Numbered from the whole stretch's first letter, positions 48,330 through 60,840 are shown. The stretch is 62,942 bases of DNA, filler included, from Olpidium bornovanus S191 (GCA_017911155.1; 29 parts of 29 records of this genome joined end to end with filler, not necessarily neighbours in it), one strand, 5' to 3'. Notes: a model not told the origin generated them from the letters alone. Numbers and translations: made by a program.

Positions 48330-48710
48330 TCCGCCGCGCGGTGTCCCCGGATGACAGCCATGCTTTCTGATTGACCCTTTGCTCGGGGGGCTGTCCGGCA
48401 AATTGCACAATCGTCTTGTTGACCATTCGTTTGAGCTTTATATGTAGCGTTCCATTGAGGATTTCCGGCGCACAAAACGCATCCGTAAAAACGACCGAAA
48501 CAAAGACCATCATTGGGGGTCACGCACGAGCCGCAACACCCGCCGCAGTTCGAGCGTGCGGTTGATTAGGCTCGGTTTCTGTTCCCCGCCGTGGAGAATT
48601 AATTTAAGGTTTTTGTCGACCGTCCCTTGGAGTAGGCCACCGATGCTTGCGCCGTTTTGCCCGGGAGCCTTGGTCCATCGAGGAGTTCTCCAGGGGACGG
48701 GCTGACCATC

Positions 48711-48748
<38 letters not shown>

Positions 48749-48909
48749 CCTTTTTTTTTTTTTTTTTCCCCCCCCCTCCCCCCCCCCCCCCCTCCCCCGG
48801 GGAGGTTTTTTTTTTAAGAAAGTTGCGTACGCGAGCTGATGAGAAAGGCCTTTCCCGGGACCCTGAAGGCGCGGTAGGCGGCAAAGTACTTGTTCGCGAG
48901 CACGTTGGC
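48330..48909 (-). CDS. Probable exons of an unidentified gene
   Basis: Open stretches ANVLANKYFAAYRAFRVPGKAFLISS and APEILNGTLHIKLKRMVNKTIVQFAGQPPEQRVNQKAW are separated by a homopolymer-rich intron-like segment. No family recognised. Confidence 0.25.
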
Positions 48910-49145
48910 NNNNNNNNNNNNNNNNNNNNNNNNNNNNNNNNNNNNNNNNNNNNTTAATTAATTAANNNNNNNNNNNNNNNNNNNNNNNNNNNNNNNNNNN
49001 NNNNNNNNNCATGGAATGGAGGCCGGGGGAACGGCACAATCACAGAGAGGCGAGCTTCACATACGAAGGAGACTACCGTCCTGCCTCCATCACCTGGAGT
49101 TATTTGTAATTTTTTTTAACGCTGCACCGACGGATCGATGGTTCT

Positions 49146-49484
49146 TTAATGACGGTAATCCCTCGTATTGCTGCCAGATAATCTTTCGTGCTGACCAAAC
49201 ACGAACATTTTCCTTTTGTCCATCGTGATGTGTGGTTCAAACGAATAGGAGCAGGCCTGGATAGAATATAGGTGGGCAAACAAATTAAATCCGATCTTCT
49301 GCTCTTCCGGTGAGAGATCGCTGGGCCCGGGATAACTGGGAACAGGGATATCCATAGTGCCTTGTACACGGACAACGGTGCGGACAGAGGCACGGGCGCC
49401 GTTCCTTTGGCCCAGCCATCGATCTCTCCGCGGCTTTGACGCAAAGCGACGCATCGACCCACGCGCGCGCGACGGCTGATCCAT
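49146..49484 (-). CDS. Probable exon of an unidentified gene
   Basis: ORF with PSYPGPSDLSPEEQKIGFNLFAHLYSIQACSYSFEPHITMD, globular-type composition. No family recognised. Confidence 0.25.
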   Translation of the reverse strand: MDQPSRARGSMRRFASKPRRDRWLGQRNGARASVRTVVRVQGTMDIPVPSYPGPSDLSPEEQKIGFNLFAHLYSIQACSYSFEPHITMDKRKMFVFGQHERLSGSNTRDYRH

Positions 49485-50223
49485 CGCCGACAGCGGCTAG
49501 GTAACTGTGTGGCGGTGTGGGAACGACGTGTGGCTGGGGTAGTCGTCTGCTTCTGCAGCCTGCGCGAGCGCATGCGGCACGGGAGAACCGCAAAGGGGGC
49601 TCGGGACGCGTGCATGGTTGTGAGCAGCGATGGGCGATCTCGAGCGTTGGTGACAGCATCAATGGCATACGTTGACGGGTAGGTCAGTATGCTTCTTGGC
49701 AAGTAGTACGTTTTCCGCTTCAGGCGCAACGGGAGAACAGATTCTACGCCCTTGTCTACAAAAATATATCTGGGTGTGGCGTAGATTTGGATCCTGGGTT
49801 ACGGGAAGGCGTCAGTTATTCACTTCTGCTGTGCTTTTTGGACACGGCGCACCGCCAGGGCCGTCTGGCCCATCGTTCTCAGCGCAAAAAGGGCGGTCGT
49901 CGCCTTTAGCCCCTGCCCTGTCTCTTGTTGTTTCCCCGCCGTTCTCTCTCTTTCTCTTCCTCGGCCTTTGTCCTCTCGAGCACGCATGCTCCACGCTCCG
50001 TAACGCCGCCGTCGCCGCCCGGTCCACCGCTGACGGCATTTGGAAGTTTCCGCAAACCGTGCCCACCGACCTGGAAAGCGCTTCGCTCCCGCTGTCAAAC
50101 GGCAAAAACACCACCCCTGCAAAAACGCCTGCCAAACAAGTGCCGTCCTCGGCCTTCGGTCTCCCTGTGGCTCGGTTGTTGCTCCGCCTTCCAAAGCTTC
50201 GTGCGCCCCACCTCGGCCGCGAC

Positions 50224-51796
50224 ATGGACGCGCCGCCCCGCGCCGGCAGCAGCCAGGGACCTCGCGAAACCGGGATTCCGGACGCAGGCAGCAGAGAAGG
50301 AGTCCTTATTGACGGAAGCCGTTCTGCCCTCTGGACGGCGTCGTTCCGGGCGGTGGTTCTGCGGCAGGACGAAAAACAGGGCCCGCCGCACCCTGCCTTG
50401 GGCTTCGAAACGGACCGGATTATACTGCCGCCGTCGAGCCTGGACGCGATCTTGAATTTGCCGTCGTCCTTCACCGTTCCGTCTACGGCACTTGCCTCTT
50501 CGATTAGAACGTCTCCTGAGCGAACACGATTTCGTACGAAGCCTGTGGAGACCGACAGTCCGGACGACGAAGCGCTTTCTGACGACGAAGACGAAGAGGA
50601 CGACGAAGAACTGTTGCCGGCACGTCAGAGCCTTCCGTCGGCGATTCCGCAGTCGTCTGCGTCCGTGCGCCGGGAGCTGCCTTCTCCGCTCAACTTCCAG
50701 TTGGCCAACCCGGCGTCCGGAAGAATCACCCACGCTGGCGTGAAAGAGTTTTCGGCGGAGGAGGGCACGGTGCAACTGCAACCACGGACGGCCGCGGCGT
50801 TGGGCATCGAAGCGAATGGCGGAGAGGCCCGAGTGGTCGTCCGAATGGTTATCCTCCCGAAAGCTACCGGCGCGAAGTTCAGGCCGCTTTCCAAGGAGTA
50901 CGTTTGAATCGCCCAGTGACAGAGAGCTGGCCGGCAAGTTCTTAGCTTTCTCGCGAGTCCCGCCCCGCGCTGACTCTATGCCGCGCAACACTCCGCTTTT
51001 CCGACCAATGCCGTCCAGCTTCCGGGACATTCCGGACGTTCGCGCTGCCTTCGAGTCTGCTCTGCGTCAGTTCTCGACGTTGGCTCAGGATGATGTTTTA
51101 ACGGTTTTTCACGGCGGGCAGCCGTACCGGTTTGCTGTGGCCGAGATGAGCCCCGCCGCCGCATGCTCGGTCGTCGACACGGACGTGTCTGTCGACATAA
51201 TTCCCGAGCAGGGCGGGGAACTCGACCTGTGCAGCGACCCGGCCGCGCGAGCCCGCCACTTCGGGTTGCGTCAGAGCGGTGACGACTGCGAGAGGCGGGA
51301 GCTGCTGCCTGAAGTCGAGCTGCGCGGCGAGGGCCTTCGTAATGGGGACGTCCACTATCTGTTCGTCAACAATTGGAAAGGCAAAAACGGGGTGATCAAA
51401 CTGAAGCTGGAGAATGGCGACGCAGGTTCGTCTTCCGGCATCTGCGACGTAAGCTTTCAGATTGCCGCGTGACTTGAAGCGCCGGCCGCCCGCTAAACAT
51501 AGCCGGCCGTTAGACGTCTTCGTTTCACATGAAAAAAAGAATCCGGACGAGGCGAATTGGACATGGGCTGCCTACAGCGACGAAATGGAAAAGCTCGTTG
51601 CAGTATCAACGCCTGACGCTAATGACGCGCCAAATGCCCTTGATGTGTTTGAAGGTTGCGCGACGCTTTACGTCGCCGTCCGAGGTTGCGGGGAGGGGTC
51701 ATCGACGTACGAAATCACGTGGACATTGGACGTGTCCGCGGCAGTTCAAAAGACGCCGGAATTTTCATCGGGGGAAGGAAACATCTGCAAGACGGG
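50224..51796 (+). CDS. UFD1-domain protein (Ufd1 paralogue type), 3' truncated
   Basis: DRIILPPSSLDAI, LPSPLNFQLANPASGRITHAGVKEFSAEEG, ILPKATGAKFRPLSKEY/RAAFESALRQFSTLAQDDVL and ACSVVDTDVSVDI follow the UFD1 domain, with a long acidic insertion and extra C-terminal sequence. Confidence 0.85.
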
Positions 51797-52515
51797 NNNN
51801 NNNNNNNNNNNNNNNNNNNNNNNNNNNNNNNNNNNNNNNNTTAATTAATTAANNNNNNNNNNNNNNNNNNNNNNNNNNNNNNNNNNNNNNNNNNNNAGGT
51901 AACCGTGACGCCTGCCGCTGCACCGCTAAGAAGAAATGCCGCGAATTCTCCCAACTGCGTTGGCGATATGTACGTGCCTTGGTGATTTCGAGTTCGGAGG
52001 TTGGGCAAAGATTTTCCCGGTTCTCTGGCCACCCGGCCGAAGTGCGGGCGGGGAGGCGCGGCGCGCAAAGCAAAGCGCTCTGCTCCGACGTTCGTTCCAG
52101 GAGAAAGAACAAGGTCTGGAGGCCGGGTTCACCCGACTTTCATGAGTTCCGTTTCCCCCAACCCCCAGCTGCCGATGGGCCGAGAGACGGGGAGAAGGTG
52201 GGTCACCTTTACCCGCTTGTCGGCGGCAGAGAAAAAAAGCCCAACTTTTACCCCCGCCCCCGCCAAAGCCTGTTTTCGAAGAACAAAAAAAAAATGCGGA
52301 CGACCAGGCGCCCGTTTGAGGTGAAACCGGGCACCGGGAGCCCCGCCCGCCGAATCTTCTTTTTCTTCGGCCGCGCACACTTCTTGTAAAGCGCGCGGCG
52401 AGCGCCTTCCTTTTTCATTTTTCTTTTTGATTTCTTTTTTTTTCCCGCCAACTTTAAAAGAGTCGAAAATTCTTCCCCCCCCCCCCCCCGTCAGGCATAA
52501 ATTAAAAAAAAACGT

Positions 52516-54865
52516 TTACGATACCGGCACGCAGTTCGCGACCCGCGCTCCTCTTCCGACACCTTTGCGCGGGACCCTCCACGCAGCCGCGTGCGCGGCG
52601 GGTCCGGCGACGGGTTTGGTCTCCTCCGTGACGCGCGCGGCGCCCGGCGCCGTTCGCGAGAGCACGGACGTGGCGCGCGACGGCTGCCGGGCGGGAGGGG
52701 CGGGCGCCTGTTCCCAGAACGGCCCGGCGCCGCAGGACGGGTCGAGCTTGCCGCGGCCGGCCGGCGGCCCGGCCGCCGGGCGCGGCGGGAGCACCGCGTA
52801 CGCGGCGGAAGCTTCCTGCGGCGGCTCTTCGCTCTCGAGCGACGGGAATCGGAATTCTCTGCGGTTCCGGGATCGCGAAGGGCGCGGGCCACCCGGAGGA
52901 AGACGGGAAAAACAAAAAATTTGCGCGCATTACGTTGCGGGGCAAATTGCGTTTCGCGCGTCGCGCTGTCCCGATCTTACCGCCCTCTTGTCGCGTTCCA
53001 ACTGGTAAAAGAGTCACAAGAAAAAAAAAACCGACAGAGCGGGAAAAACTTTCCGCGCACGTACCGACGTCTTTCCAGCTCTGTCGGGCCGGCTTCGTCG
53101 TCGCTCCAATCGTCATCGTGTTTCCATTTCCCGCAAGACGGCACGGCCCATCGGCCTCTCGTGTCAAACCACCTCCGTCCACCGCGTCCTATGCGGCGCC
53201 GCCCCGCCGGCGGTTTGCCACGTGACGTCTCCAGCTTCGGCCGGTGGTACAGATGCGACTTGTGGCGGTGTAAAGGCTCGTGCGGAGCCTGTAGGTCGGG
53301 AAGGGAAAGGGAATCACAGACTTAATATTGAGGATGGCCGAGAAAAGTTCCCTTTTTCTTCCTTTTTTTGAGAACAGACTTGCCGCCGAGAAACGCTCAG
53401 GGATACAGAACCCTACGAAGGTGATATCCACGAAACCTGAGTCGGCATGCCGCCGCCTGCGCAAGAGTATTTCGAACGGCGAAACGGAGGCCGAGTTCCT
53501 CCCGCCCGCGCCATCGATTGTCCTCTGGAGGCCGGCACCCTGCCGCGGCAGGGGCGCGGACCCGCCGTCAAAGACGGCCCCCAGGCTTTCATCGACGGGC
53601 AGGCCGAGGTCCATCGTCGCACGCCTCAGGGCGCACCTCCGGTCAAAGATGAGCTGCTCGATGACCAGGCTCTCCCTCCGCATCCGCTCCCTCCGGGCGA
53701 CCTGCTCGAGCAGGCCCCGCGCCTTGCCCATCTCCACCTGGAGGCGCCGCAGCTTCTCCGTCGACGCCGCGTCCGTCTTCCGCCCCTTGCGCTGCGGCTT
53801 GACCTCCCGCCGGCGGAAGCAGACGTAGGGGTCCGGCGCCGCCGCGGGGTCGTGCTCTTCGGTCTTCAGCGTCGGCATCACTGGACCGCCCCGTAGAGCG
53901 CGACGGCGCGCCCAGTGCGGGTGAACGGCGCGCGCGTGCTCACGCAGCGAGGAGTACTCGCTGGACCAAGCCATGTCGTCGAACGGTGGGACTTGGCCGC
54001 CGCCACTGCCGTTCTTCCGCCCACCACGGGACCTTCCGCGCGTCAGCAGAATGTTCAAGCAAAAAAAAAGAAAGTAAAAAAAAAAGAAAAGCGAGCCCCA
54101 GGAGGAGAGGATGGGCGGGGAGAGGGTACGCCTTACCCCGTCCGGAAGGTGTTTTTCCAAAGTGCTCACGATGATCTCGAAAACGTCCTCGGAGAGGCCG
54201 CACGCGGGCCCGGCGCGCGAGCTCTGCTCTTCGAGCCAGCGGGCGTCCTCCTCGTCCATGCAGTATGGGATGCACGAGCAGCAGTCCTCGACGGTGGCGG
54301 AAAAGCGCACTTTGTTCGCCGGGCCGGGCCCCGCTGCGCGCCGGTACAGGCGCTCGTAGTCGGGGACCAGGCGGGACGCGTCGGGCGTCGGGATGTAGAT
54401 GGACGCGGCGGCGCCGGCGGCGACGCCCCCGCCGGACGAGGCCGACGGTTGCGGCGGCTGCGGCTGCGGCGTCTGCGGGTGGCCGTGCTGGTGGCGGCAG
54501 CGCTCGGGGCCGGCGCCGGCGAAGGCCTGGGCGGCCGAGATGGCGGCCTGCAGGTGGTGCTCGCTCTCCTCGGACGCGTCGACGCCCGTGCCGACCTGCG
54601 GCAGGATGCGCTGGGAGAGGGAGCCGGCGAGGTCGGGCACGTCCGCCGCGCGGCAAACGCGCAGCGGCTTCCGGAACTCGAACTTCTTGACGCGCAGGTT
54701 GGCCCTCGCCGCCGGCGCGGGCGAGGCGGCGGCGGCCTGGCGTCGGCGGTCGCGGCCGCCGCCGCCGTTACGGTTAGCGGGGGCGCAGCAGACGACGGCC
54801 GCCGCGGCAGCGGGCTGCTGATCCGGCGCGTCGGCGGCGGCGGCGGCGGCGGAGGGGTTCGTCAT
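52516..54865 (-). CDS. EPL1: Enhancer of polycomb-like protein (NuA4 subunit), multi-exon; last exons tentative
   Basis: LRVKKFEFRKPLRV, TGVDASEESEHHLQAAI, IPTPDAS, YCMDEEDARWL, LSEDVFEIIVSTLEK, DPYVCFRRREVK, EKLRRLQ and RRRIGRGGRRWFD. Confidence 0.93.
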
Positions 54866-55516
54866 CGACACGCGCGCGGAAGATGGGGATTTCTTTTTTC
54901 TCGTTTCTCGCAACGCGCGAACGCGGAGGAGGGGCGGCAGCGGTCGGCGGGGGAGGTTGGGGGAGCGCAGGAGGGTTCTGTGTGTTCTTTTATTTTTTAT
55001 TTATATATTTATAACGACCTCGTGGCCATCTGCCGGCTGGGGACCGCCGCGCGGAAGTCGAGACTGTTTTGCAGCCGGAGACCGCCGCCCGGGAACCCGG
55101 CGGGACGGGGGCAAGATGAGGAAGGGCCCGAGGGTTCCAGCGGCGTCGTCCAGCATATTACAATGAGATGGACCGAGGCGAGATGAAACGTCCTTTCATC
55201 CGTGAAGGGCTTATACGAAGGGGTTTGCTTCCTGCGCGCGGCCGCGACCTGTTCGCCCTCCGACCCAGGCTCTCCGATATTCGCCACGCCACGTCAGATG
55301 TGACTTACGCCTTTTTGTCATGTGCCAGCGGACTTCGCCATCGCTTTGTGCCGGTACCCAAAATTTAATTTTTTTAAACCAAAAGCTGTCCGNNNNNNNN
55401 NNNNNNNNNNNNNNNNNNNNNNNNNNNNNNNNNNNNTTAATTAATTAANNNNNNNNNNNNNNNNNNNNNNNNNNNNNNNNNNNNNNNNNNNNGAGGAGGG
55501 GGGGGGGGGGGGGGGG

Positions 55517-55587
<71 letters not shown>

Positions 55588-55889
55588 GGAGGGGAAGGGG
55601 AGAGGACCGCAATAGGCAATTTTGCTTCGGAATGCTTCTGTTCGGATTCGTTTACTGACGCGAACAGAATGAGTGTGTCGGGAGACAAATGGGAGACAAG
55701 TGGGCGGGGGGGGGGGAATGCGGCCGAACGGAGACGGGGGAGAAGAGGCGCGGCGGATGAATAGTATTTGATGATACGCCGCGCTCGCGGAAAGGCGGGG
55801 GAATATGAGGGTAACAAGCCTTTTTGGAAATTTTATCATCAATCTAAAAAAAAAACCGGGGGGGGGGGAAGGAAGAACCGGCGGCAATT

Positions 55890-56525
55890 TCATTGGCCCG
55901 ACGGCGACGGCGACGGCGACGACGACGCCGCCACCTCGAGGTCGCGCACCATCGCGTCCATTAGCCCGGTAAGGTCGTGGAGCTGCCGCGCTTTAATCGC
56001 CGACGCGGGGAGGGGCCGAGGCGAAGGGTGCGACCGGCCCGACCCGGGCGACGTCCGCGCCGCCGGCTCCGCGCCGCCGTCCGGGCTCTGGCGGTCGGCG
56101 GGGGCGAAGCTGCGGCCCTGCAGCGGGAGGGAGTCGTCGTCGTCGCCGTCGTCGTCGTCGTCGTCGAAATGCAACCGCGCCTGCCCCGGCGACCGCCCGA
56201 CGGCTACCGGCGGGGCGGCGAGCGGAGGCGGCGGCGGCGATTTCGGCGTCACGGGGGAGAACATGTAGTGGCGGATGCCGAACTCGGCGGCGCCGTCCCG
56301 CGACGACGCAAGGTCCGGCGCGCCAAAGTCGCCGCGGAGCGCGGCTGGGAGCCGACTGACCACCGGTTTCGCCCGGCGGACGGTGTGCACGACCGGCCGG
56401 ACGCGGTCCGCGGGCTCCGCGCCGCCGCCGTCGTTCGTCTCCGCCGCGCGCCCCTGCCGCTTCGCGGCCGGCGGCGTCCACCTCCATCTCTTGTCGACGT
56501 GCAGGGAATCTATCCGCCGGATCAT
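55890..56525 (-). CDS. Hypothetical protein, probable last exon
   Basis: 211-aa ORF after a poly-A/T intron-like tract, ending in a helical-looking ARQLHDLTGLMDAMVRDLE. No family recognised. Confidence 0.35.
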   Translation of the reverse strand: MIRRIDSLHVDKRWRWTPPAAKRQGRAAETNDGGGAEPADRVRPVVHTVRRAKPVVSRLPAALRGDFGAPDLASSRDGAAEFGIRHYMFSPVTPKSPPPPPLAAPPVAVGRSPGQARLHFDDDDDDGDDDDSLPLQGRSFAPADRQSPDGGAEPAARTSPGSGRSHPSPRPLPASAIKARQLHDLTGLMDAMVRDLEVAASSSPSPSPSGQ

Positions 56526-56584
56526 CGTTGCGAGTCCGGCGCCGTGTCCGCCGGCGGATTCAACCGTCGAGGCCTGCCACGTTT

Positions 56585-56625
<41 letters not shown>

Positions 56626-56764
56626 CGGGGGGGTGTTTTTTTTTTTTTTTTTGTCCCGCGCGGCNNNNNNNNNNNNNNNNNNNNNNNNNNNNNNNNNNNN
56701 NNNNNNNNTTAATTAATTAANNNNNNNNNNNNNNNNNNNNNNNNNNNNNNNNNNNNNNNNNNNN

Positions 56765-57457
56765 CTTGAGCATGTTCCTCCCTGACCTCAGCTTTTTCCC
56801 CCGAGACCGCAGCTCGTGAGGACATGGAGGGCGTCGTAGAGGTGGCTCTTGGACTCATCGGGGCACAGCGGAGGGCGCGGCGGAGTTGCGCGCAGCGGAG
56901 GGCGCGCGGCGGAGTTGCGCGCAGCGGAGGGCGCGCAGCGGAGGGCGCTGTGGAGGCAGCGGAGATGCGCGCAGCGGAGATGCGCGCAGCGGAGGGCGCG
57001 CAGCGGAGGGCGCGCAGCGGAGGGCGCGCAGCGGAGGGCGCGCAGCGGAAGGCGCGCAGCGGAGGGCACGCAGCAGAGGGCGCGCAGCGGAGGGCGCGCA
57101 GCGGAGGGCGCGCGGCGGAGGCGCGCGGCGGAGGGGCGCGGCAGAGGGCGCGCAGAGGGCGCGCAGTGGAGGGCGCGCAGCGGATGGCCCGGCGCAGCGC
57201 AGGGCGCGCAGCGGAGGCGCGCAGCGGAGGCGCGCAGCGGAGGCGCGCAGCGGAGATGCGCGCAGCGGAGGGCGCGGCGCAGCGGAGGGCGCGCAGCGGA
57301 GGGCGCGCAGCAGAGCGGAGGGGGCGTTACAGGCAGGGCGTCCTTGGGCTCATAACCTGTCGCGTTTGTTTTCCTTTATTTCGTTTTGGGGTGCTGCGCG
57401 GGGAGTAAAAGTAAAAGGAGGAGGGGAGCGCGAACGAAACGAATTGTAACAACGACA
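56765..57457 (-). mobile_element. 5' end of a second LTR element: about 94-100 bp LTR (57358 to 57451 or 57457), PBS (57344-57357), then the 14-nt array
   Basis: Minus strand reads TGTCG or TGTTAC...AATAAA...CGCGACA followed by GGTTATGAGCCCAAGG. ACAGGTTATGAGCCCAA is identical to 29529-29545. Confidence 0.7.
56870..57320. repeat. GC-rich minisatellite, 14-nt unit GCGCAGCGGAGGGC, roughly 30 degenerate copies
   Basis: Directly visible tandem array with variants GCGCAGCGGAGATGC and GCGCAGCGGAGGC. Confidence 0.95.
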
Positions 57458-57891
57458 TCTTCCATGAGAAAACGGCCGACAGATGCGGAGTGCTTACTTC
57501 GAAGAGGCCGCCCCTCGCAGAAGTTGCTGATCCTTTTGCGGGCCAACACAGCGTAGCGATACCCTTTAACTTTTGGCAACTCGACAAGATCCACGTACCA
57601 CTCAAAATTGATCGACGGTGGGCACACCGGGTGAAGTTCCTCGTAGAACCGCCGCCTCGAGTACTTCTGGTAGGTCTGGCAAGTTTCGACGTACTTGGTT
57701 ACCGCGCGTCGAAGGGCTGGCCAGTAGTACCTATCGGCAATTTTTTGCAATGTCTGTTTCACCGCAAAGTGACCCGCTCCGAGGTGTTTGTGTGCTGACG
57801 CGAGGATTAACGCGCGATTTTCGGCCCGGCAGACAACACGTCGGGGCGCATCGACGGCGGGGTCCAGCCCCCTTCGCCAGAGGTACCCGTC
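57452..57891 (-). mobile_element. Ty3/gypsy integrase fragment (zinc-binding domain and start of the core), interrupted
   Basis: RRVVCRAENRALILASAHKHLGAGHFAVKQTLQKIADRYYWPALRRAVTKYVETCQTYQK...EWYVDLVELPKVKGYRYAVLARKRISNFCEGRPLR...VGRFLMEDVV. HHCC motif with the last Cys read as Tyr. Confidence 0.9.
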
Positions 57892-60804
57892 NNNNNNNNN
57901 NNNNNNNNNNNNNNNNNNNNNNNNNNNNNNNNNNNTTAATTAATTAANNNNNNNNNNNNNNNNNNNNNNNNNNNNNNNNNNNNNNNNNNNNCATGACCGG
58001 GGGATGAGCGGGGGGGTACGGTCCGAAGTCCACAACAGATTCGCAGGCTCGGCCGGGGGATCTGGTCGCAAACTGTACGCAAACGCGACAACGAGAAAAA
58101 AAGAATGATGGGAGGGCGAAAGGCACTCGGGGAGAGAGAGAAGCAAAAAAAAAACAAACTGTCGCCCAGAGGACGCCGGCAGTTAAGAATAGGAGATCAA
58201 AAAGCGTGTGGTACCAACTCCCGGCGCCAGTGGTTCGCCGCAGGACAATTCGTCGTCTTTGTTCATCGGCAGCTGTGGAAGTACCGCGCAGGTCAGTTTT
58301 TGGGCGCACACTTCGAAGCATCCTCCCCTCCCCATTTAAGAACAAACACACGAACAGGGCTGTCTTTTCTCGCACCGGGCCCATTTCTGGGAAGAAGCGC
58401 TCGAACTCACGCAAGGCTCAGCATTGGGCTTGGAGTCGGATTTTAGGGCCGCGGCGGGCGGTCGGGCGGGCGGTCGGGCGGACGGTCGGGCGGACGGATG
58501 TGGGGGGAGGGGGGTGCGCGTTTTCCCTCGCGGAGAGGGGGGGGGGTCGACAAAACGGTCTGGGTTGGTCTTTCCTCTGGTCAGGCGACCGAAGCGCCAC
58601 TCCGGGGTTTGTTGTCGGAGGCGTCGAACACAGATGGGAGAGAGAGGTGATTGATGGGTAGTTGGGAGCGGGGAGGGGCGGGGAGGGGAAGGATGGGGAA
58701 CGGGGCGGGGAAGGGTTCCTCTCTCACTCCGCGCGGGGAAGTGCTTAATTTTTTTTTTCTTTCACTTTCCCAGCGCGCGCGCGGTGGAGGGAGTAGGGGG
58801 TATGGGGAAGATGGGTGATAACATCATTGTCATCGTGATCACCATCATCAGAGAGGGAGTGCGGGAAAAAAAAAAAAAGCGGAGAGAGAGAGAGATAGAG
58901 AGAGAGCGAGAAAAAGAGAAAAAGAGAAAAAGAGCTAGAGAGAGCAGAGAGTGCAAGCGGCCCAGCGACGACGACGAAAACGTGCGCTGCGTGGCGTGGC
59001 GCGGCGTGGCGTGTGCGTGGTGTTGATAATGCAAATCTCCGACGCGCTCCGCACAGCACAAAAAAAACAGCGCGTTCCGGGTCACGTGGTCCCCAGCGCG
59101 TACCTCCTCCCCCCTGCACGAGAAGCAGCGCATTAAACGACAACAGAAAACGCGCACGCGGCGAAAAAACGAAAGAGCGGCCGAAAATAATAAAAAAAAA
59201 AGCGGTCGCGGCTCTAAATATCGCCAAATGACTCCGAGGATCGACTGCGACAAGGTGGGGGAAAGGGGCGGGAGGGAATAATCGGCAAAAGCCCGCGTCT
59301 CCGCGCCATGCNNNNNNNNNNNNNNNNNNNNNNNNNNNNNNNNNNNNNNNNNNNNTTAATTAATTAANNNNNNNNNNNNNNNNNNNNNNNNNNNNNNNNN
59401 NNNNNNNNNNNAGAGGCGAGGGCGGGTCTGGCCCGTCTTCGGAACGAGCGGAGGCGAGGGCGGTGCCCCACGGAGCGCCATCTTGGTTTCGGCACGATCG
59501 TGACCCGGGGCGTGTTCGCCCGCTCTACGAAGAACGGTAGAATCAAGGAATAGCGCATTTTTCGAAACCCGAATTCAGCAGGAGGGAATAAACGCTGGGG
59601 AGTTTGATCGTGGAGGACGGAAGGCGGTCCGTCTCGAATTGGAAGCGAACGCTGCTGGGACCGAAAAAAAAAAAACGGAAAAGGAAGCGAATTGAAAGGC
59701 GGCTGTCGTTAACACGAGGTCGCTGGGCCCCGCGGCAACGCGCCGACCGCGCCGCCGAATCGAAGCCGCGGCCGCGGCAAAAGCACGCGCGCGGCGGTTC
59801 GATCTGGCACCGACAGTGTTGCCGCTGGATTGTGGGCTTTTTTACCACGGGACGGGGGTTGAGGCGCCCTGCGGTTCGATGTGGAAAGGAGAGGTAGCAG
59901 GCGGGAGAAGGAAGATGGGAGAGTGGAAGACGGGAGAGCGGAGAGCGGACGAGTGTGTGGGGGGGGGAATCGTAGATTGCTTCCTCTGTTCGTACCCGCA
60001 CCTTTCACTGTCATCTGTGCAGATTGTTTTCCCTTCGCGCCCTGTCATTTTTTCCCTATGGATGCGCGCTCAGGGTGTCACCCTCAGCCCCCTGGCTCCT
60101 GAACCTGGCTGGCGCGCCCCGAACTTTCGGGACACCCCTTTTTCCCCTGGTCGGACGACATCCTTGCTTAACCTCTGCCGTGTGCGCAGGCGACGAAATG
60201 CGGGGGGGGGGGGGGGGGGGGCGGGGGGGGGGGGGGGGGGCACGCGCGGCGTCGAGAGAATAAGCCCCTCTCAGAAGGAATCGGCAGGCGAGACAGGATT
60301 GGCGGGAGGACCTTGCGGCACGGCGGGGTCGGAAGCAAATGTCGCGAAATTAAAGGGGGAATCCGTTACTAAATACTCGGTGTTCTGATTTTTTTGCCGC
60401 ACTGAACCTTTGACGGCCCCTTCGATTTGCGATCTTTGGTGCGCCCTGGGGGTAAACGATGCTCGAAAAGTTCTAAATGCTTTCTAAATGCTATCCAGGA
60501 TTTGCAGCCTGCCAATAAAGTGAGATTTGCGACGCGGGAGTTGGTCCATTGTTGGAAGAGTACATTGAGGAATTCGCGGGTCGACCCGTTTATTCGATGG
60601 GAGATCTCTTTTCCGGTTACGACCAATTTCAATTGGAACTGGCAAGTTGAGATATCACTGCCCACAAAACGTCATTGGGGCTCATGNNNNNNNNNNNNNN
60701 NNNNNNNNNNNNNNNNNNNNNNNNNNNNNNTTAATTAATTAANNNNNNNNNNNNNNNNNNNNNNNNNNNNNNNNNNNNNNNNNNNNACCCCCCCCCGGCG
60801 GGGG

Positions 60805-60840
<36 letters not shown>

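Larger units (their letters stand above)
2153..60786. other. 28 artificial 100-nt contig-joining linkers (44 N + TTAATTAATTAA + 44 N); the window is a pseudo-scaffold of 29 contigs
   Basis: Identical palindromic 12-mer, giving TAA stops in all six frames, at 2197, 3648, 6918, 10690, 14582, 15694, 17672, 22032, 24211, 25532, 26639, 28195, 29315, 31084, 33985, 35327, 37423, 40176, 44175, 45894, 47731, 48954, 51841, 55437, 56709, 57936, 59356 and 60731. Genes break off abruptly at these points. Confidence 0.98.

Noticed and set aside
56788-57449. Ala/Arg/Gly-rich ORFs over the 14-mer array
   Set aside because: The unit contains no stop codon in any frame, so these ORFs are a by-product of the repeat.
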